64,000 nt of DNA from Berkelbacteria bacterium GW2011_GWE1_39_12 (GCA_001029735.1 CP011213.1:591929-655928), one strand, 5' to 3'; numbered from the stretch's first letter, positions 27,081-37,146 are shown. The notes: generated by a model from the sequence alone, not told the origin. A program made the numbers and translations.

Positions 27081-28041
27081 AGTTATCTCGAAAATTCTTC
27101 GAAGCGAAAAGATACTTCTCATTGTTCACGAAAACCCTGATGGTGACACATTGGCATCTGCCTCTGTGGTTTATCAGGTGCTAAAAAGGCTTGGCAAGGA
27201 AGTTGCAATTGTTTGCAAGGACCCGGTGCCAAAGCCTTTTTTGTTTTTGCCGGAAATGGATAAAATCCAAAATGACATGCTGTTTGGAGATTACGAATTA
27301 ATTTTAGTGATTGATTGCGGCGATAGTCGTCGGACTGGTTTTGATCGAAGATTAAAAGACTTTGTTCGGAACAAAAAATCCTTAATTAACATAGACCATC
27401 ACCCGAAAAACGATTTGCATAAGATCGCAAATATTAATTATGTCGATCAGACTGCGTCATCAACAGCGGAAATAATTTGGGAACTTGTTGAAAGAATGCA
27501 GGTAGATATCGATAAAAACATCGCAACTGCTTTATTTGCTGGTCTATATACTGATACTGGTGGGTTTAAGCATTCCAATACGACGCCTAAAACTTTACAA
27601 ATTGCCGCAGAACTGATGCATCACGGTGCAAGAATAAAGTTAATTACTCAAAATGTGAGTTTAAATAAAACCATACCAGCGTTAAAACTTTGGGGCGTTG
27701 TTTTGTCAAGACTTTCAAAACACAAGGAATTGAAAATTGTCTCTTCTGTTGTTACTCGTAAAGATTTAATTACTTGCGGTGCAACCGATGATGATATTGC
27801 AGGTGTGGTAAATTTAATGAATACTATTCCCGATTCTAAAGCAGCTGTTTTATTTTATGAGACAGAAGATGATAAGATAAGGGCATCGGCCAGGACAGAA
27901 GATGATCATGTAGATGTCGCAAGATTAGCAGCAGTTTTTGGTGGCGGCGGGCACAAAAAGGCAGCTGGCTTTACTATTGATGGTAAAATTGAAATTACCC
28001 AAGACGGTTGGAAAATTGCCTTCAATAATACTTCCGCTTAA
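27067..28041 (+). CDS. nrnA: DHH/DHHA1 phosphoesterase (NrnA-like oligoribonuclease/pAp phosphatase)
   Basis: 'LLIVHENPDGDTLAS' and 'NIDHHP' DHH motifs plus DHHA1 'GGGGHKKAAGF'. The second in-frame ATG was chosen to match the usual NrnA N-terminus. Confidence 0.75.
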   Translation: MLVDKVISKILRSEKILLIVHENPDGDTLASASVVYQVLKRLGKEVAIVCKDPVPKPFLFLPEMDKIQNDMLFGDYELILVIDCGDSRRTGFDRRLKDFVRNKKSLINIDHHPKNDLHKIANINYVDQTASSTAEIIWELVERMQVDIDKNIATALFAGLYTDTGGFKHSNTTPKTLQIAAELMHHGARIKLITQNVSLNKTIPALKLWGVVLSRLSKHKELKIVSSVVTRKDLITCGATDDDIAGVVNLMNTIPDSKAAVLFYETEDDKIRASARTEDDHVDVARLAAVFGGGGHKKAAGFTIDGKIEITQDGWKIAFNNTSA

Positions 28042-28083
28042 GTCTTGTGATTTTGTCATTTTTAAGGTACAATTTAAATATGT

Positions 28084-28171
28084 GCCGGGGTGGTGGAACG
28101 GTAGACACGAAGGACTTAAAATCCTTTGAGGTTAACCCCTCATGCGGGTTCGATTCCCGCTCCCGGCACCA
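28084..28171 (+). tRNA. tRNA-Leu (anticodon TAA), class II, CCA encoded
   Basis: Acceptor GCCGGGG pairs with TCCCGGC; anticodon stem AAGGA/TCCTT with loop CTTAAAA; long variable arm; T-arm GCGGGTTCGATTCCCGC. Confidence 0.8.
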
Positions 28172-28198
28172 GTCATCACCAATTCTTAGGAGGAAAAT

Positions 28199-28825
28199 TT
28201 GAGAAAGATTACCAAAATACTGATATCTGTTTTTTTAACCATTGTATTCGTACTCGGCTTCTATTACTTTTTCCCTCAAGTCTGGGGAGATGCAGTTTAT
28301 CCATTGGACTATAAAGACTCAATCCAAAAGTATTCGTCACAATGGAATGTGAGGCCTAATTTTATTTGTGCCATGATTTACGCAGAAAGCCGCTTCCATG
28401 CAGATTCGGTTTCTGGCGCCGGCGCGGTTGGCATTATGCAAATCATGCCAAGCACTGGCGCTTCGATTGCATCCGAGCTTAGCGAGAGCGGCTATAGTGT
28501 TGATAAACTTTATGATCCTGAAACAAACATTCGTTACGGTACTTGGTATATAAAAGGATTGTTAGATAAATATGACGGGAATTCTGATCTTGCCGTAGCT
28601 GCATATAATGCCGGATCAGGAAGAGCCGATGCTTTTAAAGACGGTCGAGGAACCTTGCCGTTTGAAACAGTGGCCTATGTTCAAAAAGTAAAAGATATCG
28701 AAAAAATGTATGACAAAGTCTACGGCGATTGGGCGTCTGAACCTGAAGTTAAGAAGCCTAGTCCGTTTTATCAAGGCATGACTAATATCAAAGATTTTGT
28801 TAAAGGATTAATATTGGGCAAGTAG
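28199..28825 (+). CDS. membrane-anchored lytic transglycosylase (SLT domain)
   Basis: 'YAESRFHADSVSGAGAVGIMQIMPSTG' and 'AYNAG' SLT motifs, with an N-terminal TM helix. Confidence 0.75.
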   Translation: MRKITKILISVFLTIVFVLGFYYFFPQVWGDAVYPLDYKDSIQKYSSQWNVRPNFICAMIYAESRFHADSVSGAGAVGIMQIMPSTGASIASELSESGYSVDKLYDPETNIRYGTWYIKGLLDKYDGNSDLAVAAYNAGSGRADAFKDGRGTLPFETVAYVQKVKDIEKMYDKVYGDWASEPEVKKPSPFYQGMTNIKDFVKGLILGK

Positions 28826-28872
28826 TTACTTGCCACGGAAATTTTCTGAAGAAAAATTAAAGGAAGAGTTAT

Positions 28873-30663
28873 ATGACATCGAAAGAATTACGAAAAAAAT
28901 TTATTGAATTTTTTGAAGGAAATGGCCATAAAAAAATTGAATCAGCGAGTCTATTGCCAACTGATCAATCGGTCTTATTCACAACGGCTGGCATGCAGCC
29001 ATTGGTGCCGTATCTTTTAGGTGAAAAACACCCTGCTGGTGATAAATTAGTCAACATCCAAAGATGCATTCGTACAAATGATATTGACGAAGTAGGCGAC
29101 GATAGTCATGGAACTTTTTTTGAAATGCTTGGCTATTGGAGTCTGGGCGCTTATTGGAAAAAAGAAGCGATAAAATATACGTTTGAATTTTTTACACAAG
29201 AACTAAATGTGGCAATCGAAAATATTGCGGTAACTTGTTTTGAAGGCGATGAAACAAACAGTATTGCTAAAGATACGGAATCCGCTGAAATTTGGGAAAG
29301 TTTGGGTATTCCAAAAAATCGAATTGCTTTTTTGGGTTATGATGATAATTATTGGGGTCCGACCGGTATTGAAGGGCCATGTGGGCCTGATACGGAAATT
29401 TTTGTATGGACTGGTGATGGCGAAGCGCCATTTGATTTTGACCCAAACAATAAAGATTGGGTTGAAATCGGTAACGATGTATTCATGCAATACAATAAAA
29501 CGTTAACTGAAAAATCATGGGAAAACGCCTGCAAAGACGTAAATCCGTTTGGGCAAGAGGATTTTAAATTTGAATCATTGAATCAAAAAAATGTTGATTT
29601 CGGAACGGGTTTTGAGCGAGCTTTGATGGTACTAAATAACTATAGGAATATATATGAAACCGACCTTTATGAAAGTTTAATCTTAAAAATTGAAGATTTA
29701 TCTCTGAAGAGATACATGGAATTTCCAGTCGAGATGCGCATTATTGCTGATCATATTAAAGCGTCAGTTTTTGCCCTAAATGACGGTATTTTGCCATCAA
29801 ATAAAGATCAAGGTTATGTAATACGACGTTTGATTCGTCGTGCGATTGTGAAAGCATACCAGCTAGGGTTGAAAGAGAATTTTCTTATAGAGCTTTCAAA
29901 AGTAGTATATCCTATTTATGATGGCGTGTATGAATTTGATAAAGCTAAAATCGAAGTCGAATTAGAAAAAGAAGAAGTAAAATTTAGAGCGACTTTATCT
30001 TCTGGAATGAATAAAATTCAAGATGCTGAGAGTTTAAGCGGTAAAATGCTGTTTGATCTCCATCAATCCTTTGGCCTTCCGCTAGAAATAGCTCAAGAAA
30101 CGGCTAGATTTTACGGCGTAGAAATAGTCAACGGCGCGGTTGAAGAATATAAAGAGATGGTGAAAAAGCATCAAGAATTGTCTCGCACAGCATCTGTCGG
30201 AATGTTTAAGGGGGGATTGGCCAGCGGCGGGGAAATGGAAACCAAGTATCATACCGCAACTCATCTTTTACTGGCGGCGCTTAGAAAAACATTGGGCAAT
30301 GATGTTAATCAAAAAGGTGCGAATATCACGGCTGAAAGAATACGTTTCGATTTTAATTATCCCGATAAATTAACACCTGAACAAATTAAGCAAGTTGAAG
30401 ATGAGGTGAATAAAAATATCGTTGCCGACTTACCGGTGGATTTGGAAGAAATGCTTTATGAAGATGCAAAAAAATGCGGCGCTACCGGTAATTTTGAAAA
30501 TAAATACGGTACAACAGTAAAAGTTTATACCATCGCTGAAATTTCGAAAGAAATTTGCGGCGGGCCTCACGTTGCTCACACTGGTGAATTAGGACACTTT
30601 AAAATTTCCAAAGAAGAATCGTCTTCATCTGGTATACGCCGAATTAAAGCTATTTTAGAATAG
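28873..30663 (+). CDS. alaS: alanyl-tRNA synthetase, short form (catalytic plus editing domains, no C-Ala domain)
   Basis: Class II AlaRS N-terminus 'FFEGNGHKKIESASLLPTDQSVLFTTAGMQPL...TFFEMLGYWSLGAYWK'. Editing-domain motifs 'HTATHLL' and 'CGGPHV'. The protein is 596 aa against roughly 870 aa for canonical AlaRS. Confidence 0.75.
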   Translation: MTSKELRKKFIEFFEGNGHKKIESASLLPTDQSVLFTTAGMQPLVPYLLGEKHPAGDKLVNIQRCIRTNDIDEVGDDSHGTFFEMLGYWSLGAYWKKEAIKYTFEFFTQELNVAIENIAVTCFEGDETNSIAKDTESAEIWESLGIPKNRIAFLGYDDNYWGPTGIEGPCGPDTEIFVWTGDGEAPFDFDPNNKDWVEIGNDVFMQYNKTLTEKSWENACKDVNPFGQEDFKFESLNQKNVDFGTGFERALMVLNNYRNIYETDLYESLILKIEDLSLKRYMEFPVEMRIIADHIKASVFALNDGILPSNKDQGYVIRRLIRRAIVKAYQLGLKENFLIELSKVVYPIYDGVYEFDKAKIEVELEKEEVKFRATLSSGMNKIQDAESLSGKMLFDLHQSFGLPLEIAQETARFYGVEIVNGAVEEYKEMVKKHQELSRTASVGMFKGGLASGGEMETKYHTATHLLLAALRKTLGNDVNQKGANITAERIRFDFNYPDKLTPEQIKQVEDEVNKNIVADLPVDLEEMLYEDAKKCGATGNFENKYGTTVKVYTIAEISKEICGGPHVAHTGELGHFKISKEESSSSGIRRIKAILE

Positions 30664-30776
30664 TTTCTGCAGAAAAGTGGTCTGGTAATTTTACCTAAGT
30701 AATAACTGATGAATAACTAAATAGATAAACCAAAGAGAGTCTAAATAAGATCTTTGAGGATATTAAGGAGGGCCTA

Positions 30777-31472
30777 GTGCTCAAAAACAAACGAACCAGG
30801 GTTTTACTGTACATCTTAAGTGGGCTAGTTGTAGTCGCTGTCGGTATTCTGATTATTGGGAAAATAACTGGTAAATTCAGTATCCTTGCTGCTGATCGAG
30901 GCTCTTTTGTCCCGACTTCCAGCACCCTTACTGGTCAAATTAAAGACGAAGATGGAGCCGCTTATGTTGGCAAGGTAAATTTATTAAAATGGGCGGGCGA
31001 TCACCCGACTTCTATCATTTCGACAATTTCCAATGCTCAGGGTGTTTACACTTTTAAAACCTCGGATGGTTCTTACAAAGTAAACGTTTCTTCTCAAGGT
31101 GCTAGGTGTCTTGGTGGTATAACAAGTGAGCCATTCTCTGTTTCAGCGGGTAATACTACGACTAAAAATTTTACGCTTAAATATTATCAACCATATATTA
31201 AAGGCCAGATATCATATAATGATACGCCTCTTGCAGGTGCCAATGTCCTAATTAGGTATTGGAATGAGTCTCTTAAACGCAATTTTATTGTGGCTGATCT
31301 TAGAAGCACTTATAAAGGAAACTATGCTAAATACTGTCTTGATGCTGGCAAGGTTTACACTCTAGATGCTACTGCTACCTATCACGGGGTCTGGCCGATT
31401 GGAGCTTTAGGTATAACCAAGACTTTGCAATTGCCAGGAGAGACAATTAACCTGACCCTGAGGAGAGATTAG
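30777..31472 (+). CDS. hypothetical secreted/membrane-anchored protein
   Basis: N-terminal TM helix and a Ser/Thr/Gly-rich beta-type body. No motif recognised. Confidence 0.4.
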   Translation: MLKNKRTRVLLYILSGLVVVAVGILIIGKITGKFSILAADRGSFVPTSSTLTGQIKDEDGAAYVGKVNLLKWAGDHPTSIISTISNAQGVYTFKTSDGSYKVNVSSQGARCLGGITSEPFSVSAGNTTTKNFTLKYYQPYIKGQISYNDTPLAGANVLIRYWNESLKRNFIVADLRSTYKGNYAKYCLDAGKVYTLDATATYHGVWPIGALGITKTLQLPGETINLTLRRD

Positions 31473-31557
31473 GAATTAGAATAAGTTATCGGAGACCGCT
31501 AAAAAGGCGGTCTTTTGGTAGAAATAAGAATATTGCGGTATAATGTTATTGACATAG

Positions 31558-31619
31558 CATGCGGAAATTTCTGACGAAATTATACTGATATTCATGCGGA
31601 AATTTCTGACGAAATTATA
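31558..31619 (+). repeat. two 27-nt direct repeats (35-nt period), each with an internal dyad AATTTC-TGAC-GAAATT; operator-like
   Basis: CATGCGGAAATTTCTGACGAAATTATA occurs at 31558-31584 and at 31593-31619, upstream of the ftsA-like gene. TATAAT and TTGACA hexamers lie just upstream. Confidence 0.6.
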
Positions 31620-31674
31620 ATAAAATCATAAGGATAAGAATTTCCGAATTTTTGATGTATAAGGAAGGGAAAAA

Positions 31675-32931
31675 GTGGGATTATTTAACTTTCTAACTGG
31701 CAAAAAAATTGAAGATAATTACGCCATCGCACTCGATATTGGTACGGAATTTGCTAAATCTTTGATATTTAAGGTTGAAGATGGTAAAGGTATTGTGGTT
31801 GGCTCGGGTCGTCAACACCAGAAACTTTCAGATATGGCTGGTGGAGCTGTGACCGATATCGCTGGGGTCGTAAAAAACTGCCAAAAATCATTAGAGCGGG
31901 CAGCAACTCAAGCTCAAATTATGCCAACCCAAGTTATTATGGGTATCGCTGGCGAACTGGTCAAAGGCAATACTACAACCATTAAATATACAAGGCCAAA
32001 TCCCAAAACTAATATTACAATAGACGAACTCAAGGATATCGTCTCAAGAATTCAACGCCGTAGTTTTGATCGTGCCCGACAAATTTTATCTTGGGAAACC
32101 GGCCATGCCGAAGTTGATGTTAAACTTGTAAACGCCGCGGTTGTCGATGTAAAAATTGATGGACATAAAGTGACTAATCCGCTCGGTTTCCAGGGTCGTG
32201 AAGTTCAAGTCGGTGTTTTTAATGCATTTGCACCAATTGTTCATTTGGGAGCAATTCAAACTATTGCTGATGAGTTAGGTCTAGATCTTCTTGGCGTCGT
32301 TGCCGATCCATATGCTTTAGCTAAATCAATTGGTCCTAAAGAATCTACTGAATTTTCAGCTATATTTGTCGACATTGGCGGTGGCACAACCGACATTGCA
32401 GTTGTTCGCCAAGGCGGGGTGGAAGGAACGAAGATGTTTGCCTTGGGTGGCAGGAGCTTTACCAAAAGAATTGCTACAGCTTTGGGCTCAAGCTTTGAAG
32501 AAGCAGAGGAAATGAAGATCAAATATTCCCATGGTGAATTGGACGCTGAAGATCAACAATTTATTAAAAAAGCCTTAGAGACAGATTGCCAAGTCTGGCT
32601 TTCCGGCGTAGAATTAACCTTAGAGGAGTTTTCAAAACTCGATCTTCTACCTTCGAGAATCTTGATGTGCGGAGGAGGTTCAGGCCTTCCTGATGTTGCT
32701 GAAGTCCTTGAAAATGCTAAATGGAATCCAAAGTTACCATTTGCCAGAAAACCAGTCGTTCATTTTATCAAAGCCGATGATGTAGAAAATGTCGTGGATT
32801 CAACTGGAAATTTAAATAACCTTTGGGATATTACGCCAATGAGTTTGGCTAATATGGCCATTGACCTAGTCGGCGAAGAAAGAGTGATGGATTCTGTTTT
32901 AAATAAAATAGTTGGTGGATTAAACCAATAA
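31675..32931 (+). CDS. ftsA: actin-like ATPase, FtsA-like
   Basis: 'AIALDIGTEFAKS' phosphate-1 and 'FVDIGGGTTDIAVV' phosphate-2 motifs at 418 aa. GTG start with an AAGGAAGGG RBS. Confidence 0.6.
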   Translation: MGLFNFLTGKKIEDNYAIALDIGTEFAKSLIFKVEDGKGIVVGSGRQHQKLSDMAGGAVTDIAGVVKNCQKSLERAATQAQIMPTQVIMGIAGELVKGNTTTIKYTRPNPKTNITIDELKDIVSRIQRRSFDRARQILSWETGHAEVDVKLVNAAVVDVKIDGHKVTNPLGFQGREVQVGVFNAFAPIVHLGAIQTIADELGLDLLGVVADPYALAKSIGPKESTEFSAIFVDIGGGTTDIAVVRQGGVEGTKMFALGGRSFTKRIATALGSSFEEAEEMKIKYSHGELDAEDQQFIKKALETDCQVWLSGVELTLEEFSKLDLLPSRILMCGGGSGLPDVAEVLENAKWNPKLPFARKPVVHFIKADDVENVVDSTGNLNNLWDITPMSLANMAIDLVGEERVMDSVLNKIVGGLNQ

Positions 32932-32943
32932 GTAAAGGATAAT

Positions 32944-34662
32944 TTGGACGAGATAATTTATTTAGAGCCAGATGAAGAGATTACTTCTGTAATCGATAAA
33001 ATAAAAAACGCAACAAACGTCAATCTTGGCTTAGTTATTCCTCGTGATGCAACTTTGTTGCAAAGCGTAGTAAATCTAAGACTCCTTTCTCGCGAAGCCA
33101 ACACGCTTGGGAAAAAGATCAGTATTGTTACAGCTGATAAAATTGGCAGAAATTTAGCGTCGCAAATCGGCTTGCCAGTTTTTTCGTCGCTTGAAGAAAA
33201 AACACCTATTTACCAATCTCATGCTCCAGTAGCGCCAGAAGACGAAGTTCTTGAAGTTGAGCCAGAAGAAGCTAATCAAAAAAAAGGCTCTGCTTTTAAG
33301 GTCCAACACTATCAGACATTTCAAACAGGGGAAGCAAGTCAAATAGTAAACAATCGCCAGGCGCCTTTAAATAGCCCAGCCGTCCCAAGAGAAGAGTCTG
33401 GTTCTGTTGCCTGGAATCGAAATGAAAAACCAGTTTTCAAGAGTAGAAATAAAGACACCAAAAGTGTCGGCTCTATTTTAGAAAGAAAAGATAAAGAGTT
33501 TAAAAGCTTGCACAAAATTCTTTGGCCGGTTATTGGCGTTTTTGTGCTTTTGTGTTTTTTGGCGACTTATCTTCTTTTACCAAAAGTAACTGCAACTGTT
33601 TTTGTACCATCTGAAAGTTTGCAAAAAGATTTGACACTCTCTGTTTCTGGGCAAGTAAAAGTTCCGAGTATTGAAAACAGCGTTTTACCAGGTACATTGA
33701 TTGAATCGGAGAGTAGTAAAGATGGTAAATTTGCTACTACCGGCAAAAAAGACATTGGTCAAAAAGCTAAAGGTACGATTACTATATACAATAATTTAGA
33801 TTCCAATAGTCATTCGTTTGCGGCAGGAACGCAGGTTTCTTCGTCGAGTAAAACATTTTTAATTCAAAATGCTGTGACTATCCCCGGCGCGACTGTTCAG
33901 AATTTAAAAATAGTGCCAGGCTCTGCTTCGGTGGCTATTGAAGCACAAAATCCGGGCGCCGAATACAATGTTAAAGCCGGCCGTTTTACTATTCTTGGTA
34001 TTTCAGCTGTTCAGCAAGATGCTATTTATGGACAAACATCTGCAGATCTAACTGGTGGTCTAAGTAAGGTTGCTCAAGTTGTTTCACAGCAAGATTATGA
34101 TACTGCTAAAGATGGCTTAATTAAAGATATAACTGACACAATCAATAAAGATATACAGCAAAAAGCCGAAGGAAAAAGATTACTAGAAAAAGCGATTTTA
34201 TCCTCATCCCCGGAAATTACATCCACTGCTAAGGTTAACGATGAAGCATCCGATTTTCAAATGACTGTTAAGATAAAAGATCAAGCGGTTATTTTTTCTA
34301 ACGATGACTTGAGTGTTTACTTAAACGACGCATTGCAAAAGCAAGTTTCATCAGACAAAATGGTGACGATTCCAACAGACGCTGATTTAATTTTGTCTGT
34401 AACTGAAACCGCTTACGATAAAAGCCAGCTAGATTTGACTGCGAAAGTAAACGCCAAGGTTTCTGCCAAAGTCTCTGCGAATGATATTCAGCAACAGATT
34501 TTAGGCAAAAAAGTTTCCGAAGCTCAGAGTATTATTTTAAATCAAAAAGGTATTGATCATGTTGAAATCAATTTTAATCCTTCTTGGTGGCTTAAAATCA
34601 TCCCAAATCTTAAGAGAGGCGTCATAATAAAGACTGAGTATATTAGCAGAGAACAAGAATGA
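32944..34662 (+). CDS. hypothetical bitopic membrane protein (about 190-aa cytoplasmic N-domain, one TM helix, about 360-aa extracytoplasmic domain)
   Basis: TTG start with an AAGGA RBS. The TM helix is 'ILWPVIGVFVLLCFLATYLLL'. No motif recognised. Confidence 0.45.
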   Translation: MDEIIYLEPDEEITSVIDKIKNATNVNLGLVIPRDATLLQSVVNLRLLSREANTLGKKISIVTADKIGRNLASQIGLPVFSSLEEKTPIYQSHAPVAPEDEVLEVEPEEANQKKGSAFKVQHYQTFQTGEASQIVNNRQAPLNSPAVPREESGSVAWNRNEKPVFKSRNKDTKSVGSILERKDKEFKSLHKILWPVIGVFVLLCFLATYLLLPKVTATVFVPSESLQKDLTLSVSGQVKVPSIENSVLPGTLIESESSKDGKFATTGKKDIGQKAKGTITIYNNLDSNSHSFAAGTQVSSSSKTFLIQNAVTIPGATVQNLKIVPGSASVAIEAQNPGAEYNVKAGRFTILGISAVQQDAIYGQTSADLTGGLSKVAQVVSQQDYDTAKDGLIKDITDTINKDIQQKAEGKRLLEKAILSSSPEITSTAKVNDEASDFQMTVKIKDQAVIFSNDDLSVYLNDALQKQVSSDKMVTIPTDADLILSVTETAYDKSQLDLTAKVNAKVSAKVSANDIQQQILGKKVSEAQSIILNQKGIDHVEINFNPSWWLKIIPNLKRGVIIKTEYISREQE

Positions 34663-35060
34663 ATATTTTAGGACTTGATTTAGGCGATAGGCGAATTGGG
34701 GTCGCGATTTCTTTTGATGATTTAGTCAGCTCTCTTGATACAATTGTTTATTTTAATCGTGAAGAGGCAATTAAAGATATATTAGAAATCTGTCGCAGTC
34801 AAGAAATTGGAAAAATTGTTATTGGAATGCCAATTGGTAATGAGCAATCGGAGGATGTGGTCAGAAGTTTTGCCAATGAATTAAACAAAATTGCCGGAGT
34901 ACCGATTGATTATGAAGATGAGACATTAACTTCGAAGGAAGCGGAAAGAATTTTAAAAGATAAAAAACTTAATTATAAAAGTGAAAAATATAAACAAGAA
35001 ATAGATCGCATTTCAGCCAAAATAATTTTAGAACAGTATTTAAACCGAGGACTAAATTAG
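34659..35060 (+). CDS. ruvX: Holliday-junction resolvase-like RNase H-fold protein RuvX/YqgF
   Basis: 'MNILGLDLGDRRIGVAIS' N-terminus, at 133 aa. Confidence 0.8.
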   Translation: MNILGLDLGDRRIGVAISFDDLVSSLDTIVYFNREEAIKDILEICRSQEIGKIVIGMPIGNEQSEDVVRSFANELNKIAGVPIDYEDETLTSKEAERILKDKKLNYKSEKYKQEIDRISAKIILEQYLNRGLN

Positions 35061-35971
35061 TGAAAAAATACCTTCCCCTTGGAATAATTTTTATCATTTT
35101 AGTTGCCATATTAAGCCTTGTCTGGCTCTCTTTTTTTAAAAGCTCAGGCAGAACAGCGACTCTTGAAGTAAAACCCGGTGACGGCACAATGTCGATTGCC
35201 AAAGTGCTGAAAACAAAAAAGGTGATTTTTTCTCCTTTTATTTTTTATTCTTATGTACACGCTCGACATCTTATATTGCAACCGGGAATTTATGATTTGG
35301 GTTCAAGATTAAATTTAATTCAAATCGTCCAAAAGATAGCCTCAGGCGATTCGTCTGAGGTGGCGGTAACAATTCCAGAAGGCTATCGGCTAACGCAAAT
35401 CGATGCCTTACTTAAAGAAAAGAATTTAATAGAATCAGGTGATTTGATTAAAATCGCTTCTTCGGATGAAGGAAAATTATTTCCAGACACTTATCGCTTC
35501 AAAAAAGACGCTACAGCAGAAGATATCCGCAAGACGATGCTGGATAATTTTACAAAGCAAACAGAAAATCTCCATGATGGAAATGTTGATCGCGAGGTTT
35601 TAATTATTGCCTCCATTGTTGAGCGCGAGGCAAAATTTGATGATGACCGAGCTAGAATCGCCGGTGTTTATTTTTCTCGTTTGGATATTGGCATGAGATT
35701 GCAAGCTGATCCGACGATTCAGTATGCAAAAGGTTCTTGGCTACCGATCACTCTTAGTGATTATCAGAATGTTTCCTCTCCTTATAATACTTATCTTCAC
35801 GATGGTTTGCCGCCGACTCCTATTTGTAATCCTGGAATCAAGTCCGTTCAAGCGGCGTTAAGTCCGGTCAAGGACGGTTCGCTTTACTTCGTGAGTGATA
35901 GTGCTGGTAAAGCAATTTTTGCTAAAACCCTTCCGGAACACAATAGTAATGTAAGAAATTTAAGAAAATAA
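35060..35971 (+). CDS. mltG: endolytic murein transglycosylase MltG (YceG family)
   Basis: N-terminal TM helix, 'LIIASIVEREA' and C-terminal 'YFVSDSAGKAIFAKTLPEHNSNV' YceG motifs. The ruvX-mltG pairing is conserved. Confidence 0.75.
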   Translation: MKKYLPLGIIFIILVAILSLVWLSFFKSSGRTATLEVKPGDGTMSIAKVLKTKKVIFSPFIFYSYVHARHLILQPGIYDLGSRLNLIQIVQKIASGDSSEVAVTIPEGYRLTQIDALLKEKNLIESGDLIKIASSDEGKLFPDTYRFKKDATAEDIRKTMLDNFTKQTENLHDGNVDREVLIIASIVEREAKFDDDRARIAGVYFSRLDIGMRLQADPTIQYAKGSWLPITLSDYQNVSSPYNTYLHDGLPPTPICNPGIKSVQAALSPVKDGSLYFVSDSAGKAIFAKTLPEHNSNVRNLRK

Positions 35972-36096
35972 GTTAATAACAATGTAAACTAGATCAAAAG
36001 TCTTCACTTATTCCAAGTTATAGCATAAACTAAATTAAGGAGGGCTAAATGTTAGCGCGCCTTTTTGATAGACTAAATTGAATTAGGAATAAAACA

Positions 36097-37146
36097 ATGC
36101 CATTAGTTGATAAATTTTGGGGAATGTTTTCCCACGACATCGGAATAGATTTGGGCACGGCCAATACATTGGTCTATGTTCGTGGTAAAGGCATTGTCAT
36201 AAACGAGCCATCGACAGTTGCTATAAATCAAAAAAATAAACAAGTATTAGCAATTGGTGAGGAAGCTCGTAAAATGGTTGGACGAACTCCAGCCCATATT
36301 GTAGCTGTTAGGCCTTTAGTCGATGGTGTTATTTCTGATTTTGAAGTTACTGAACAGATGCTTAAATATTTTATTGATAAAGTTCATAGGGAAAAATTTA
36401 GTATTTTTCCTAGACCTCGTGTTGTTATTGGGATACCTTACGGTGTTACTGAAGTAGAAAAGCGTGCTGTCGAAGAAGCAGCGTTGAACGCAGGTGCAAG
36501 ACAAGTTTTTCTCATCGAAGAGCCATTGGCTGCAGCAATAGGTGCTCGACTTCCCGTTCAAGAGGCGGCTGGTAATATGATTGTTGATATTGGCGGTGGT
36601 ACAACCGAAGTAGCGGTTATTTCATTAGGTGGGATTGTGGCGTCGAGATCTTTACGCATAGCCGGAGATGAATTAAATCAAGATATTATCGATTTTGCGC
36701 GGGAACAATTTAATTTAATGTTGGGTGAGCGCACAGCAGAGGAACTTAAAATAAAATTAGGCTCAGCAAGGGAACTTTCTGAAAAAGCAACTTGTCCGAT
36801 GCGGGGTCGAGATCTTGTTTCTGGCTTGCCTAAAGAAATCATTGTTAATGACGAGCAGATTAGGACGGCGATGAATAAATCAATTCAGCAAATTGTAGAA
36901 GCCGTGAGACAGACAATTGAAGAAACACCGCCAGAATTAGTTGCCGATGTGATGGAAAAAGGGATCGTTATGGCTGGCGGTGGAGCTTTGCTCAGGGGAT
37001 TGGATAGATTAATCGCCCAGGCAACTCAGACAAAAGTTCATGTGGCAGATGATCCTTTAACATCAGTGGTTCGAGGTGCTGGATTAGTTCTGGAAGATTT
37101 AGAGACTTTAAAGCAAGTTTTGGTTCCAACACAGCCAAATATGTAG
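36097..37146 (+). CDS. mreB: rod-shape-determining protein MreB
   Basis: 'DIGIDLGTANTLVYV', 'MIVDIGGGTTEVAVISLGG' and 'GIVMAGGGALLRGLD'. Confidence 0.9.
   Translation: MPLVDKFWGMFSHDIGIDLGTANTLVYVRGKGIVINEPSTVAINQKNKQVLAIGEEARKMVGRTPAHIVAVRPLVDGVISDFEVTEQMLKYFIDKVHREKFSIFPRPRVVIGIPYGVTEVEKRAVEEAALNAGARQVFLIEEPLAAAIGARLPVQEAAGNMIVDIGGGTTEVAVISLGGIVASRSLRIAGDELNQDIIDFAREQFNLMLGERTAEELKIKLGSARELSEKATCPMRGRDLVSGLPKEIIVNDEQIRTAMNKSIQQIVEAVRQTIEETPPELVADVMEKGIVMAGGGALLRGLDRLIAQATQTKVHVADDPLTSVVRGAGLVLEDLETLKQVLVPTQPNM

Noticed and set aside
28126-28314. Plus-strand ORF (62 aa) overlapping the 3' half of tRNA-Leu(TAA)
   Set aside because: Explained by the tRNA. The real downstream gene starts at 28199.
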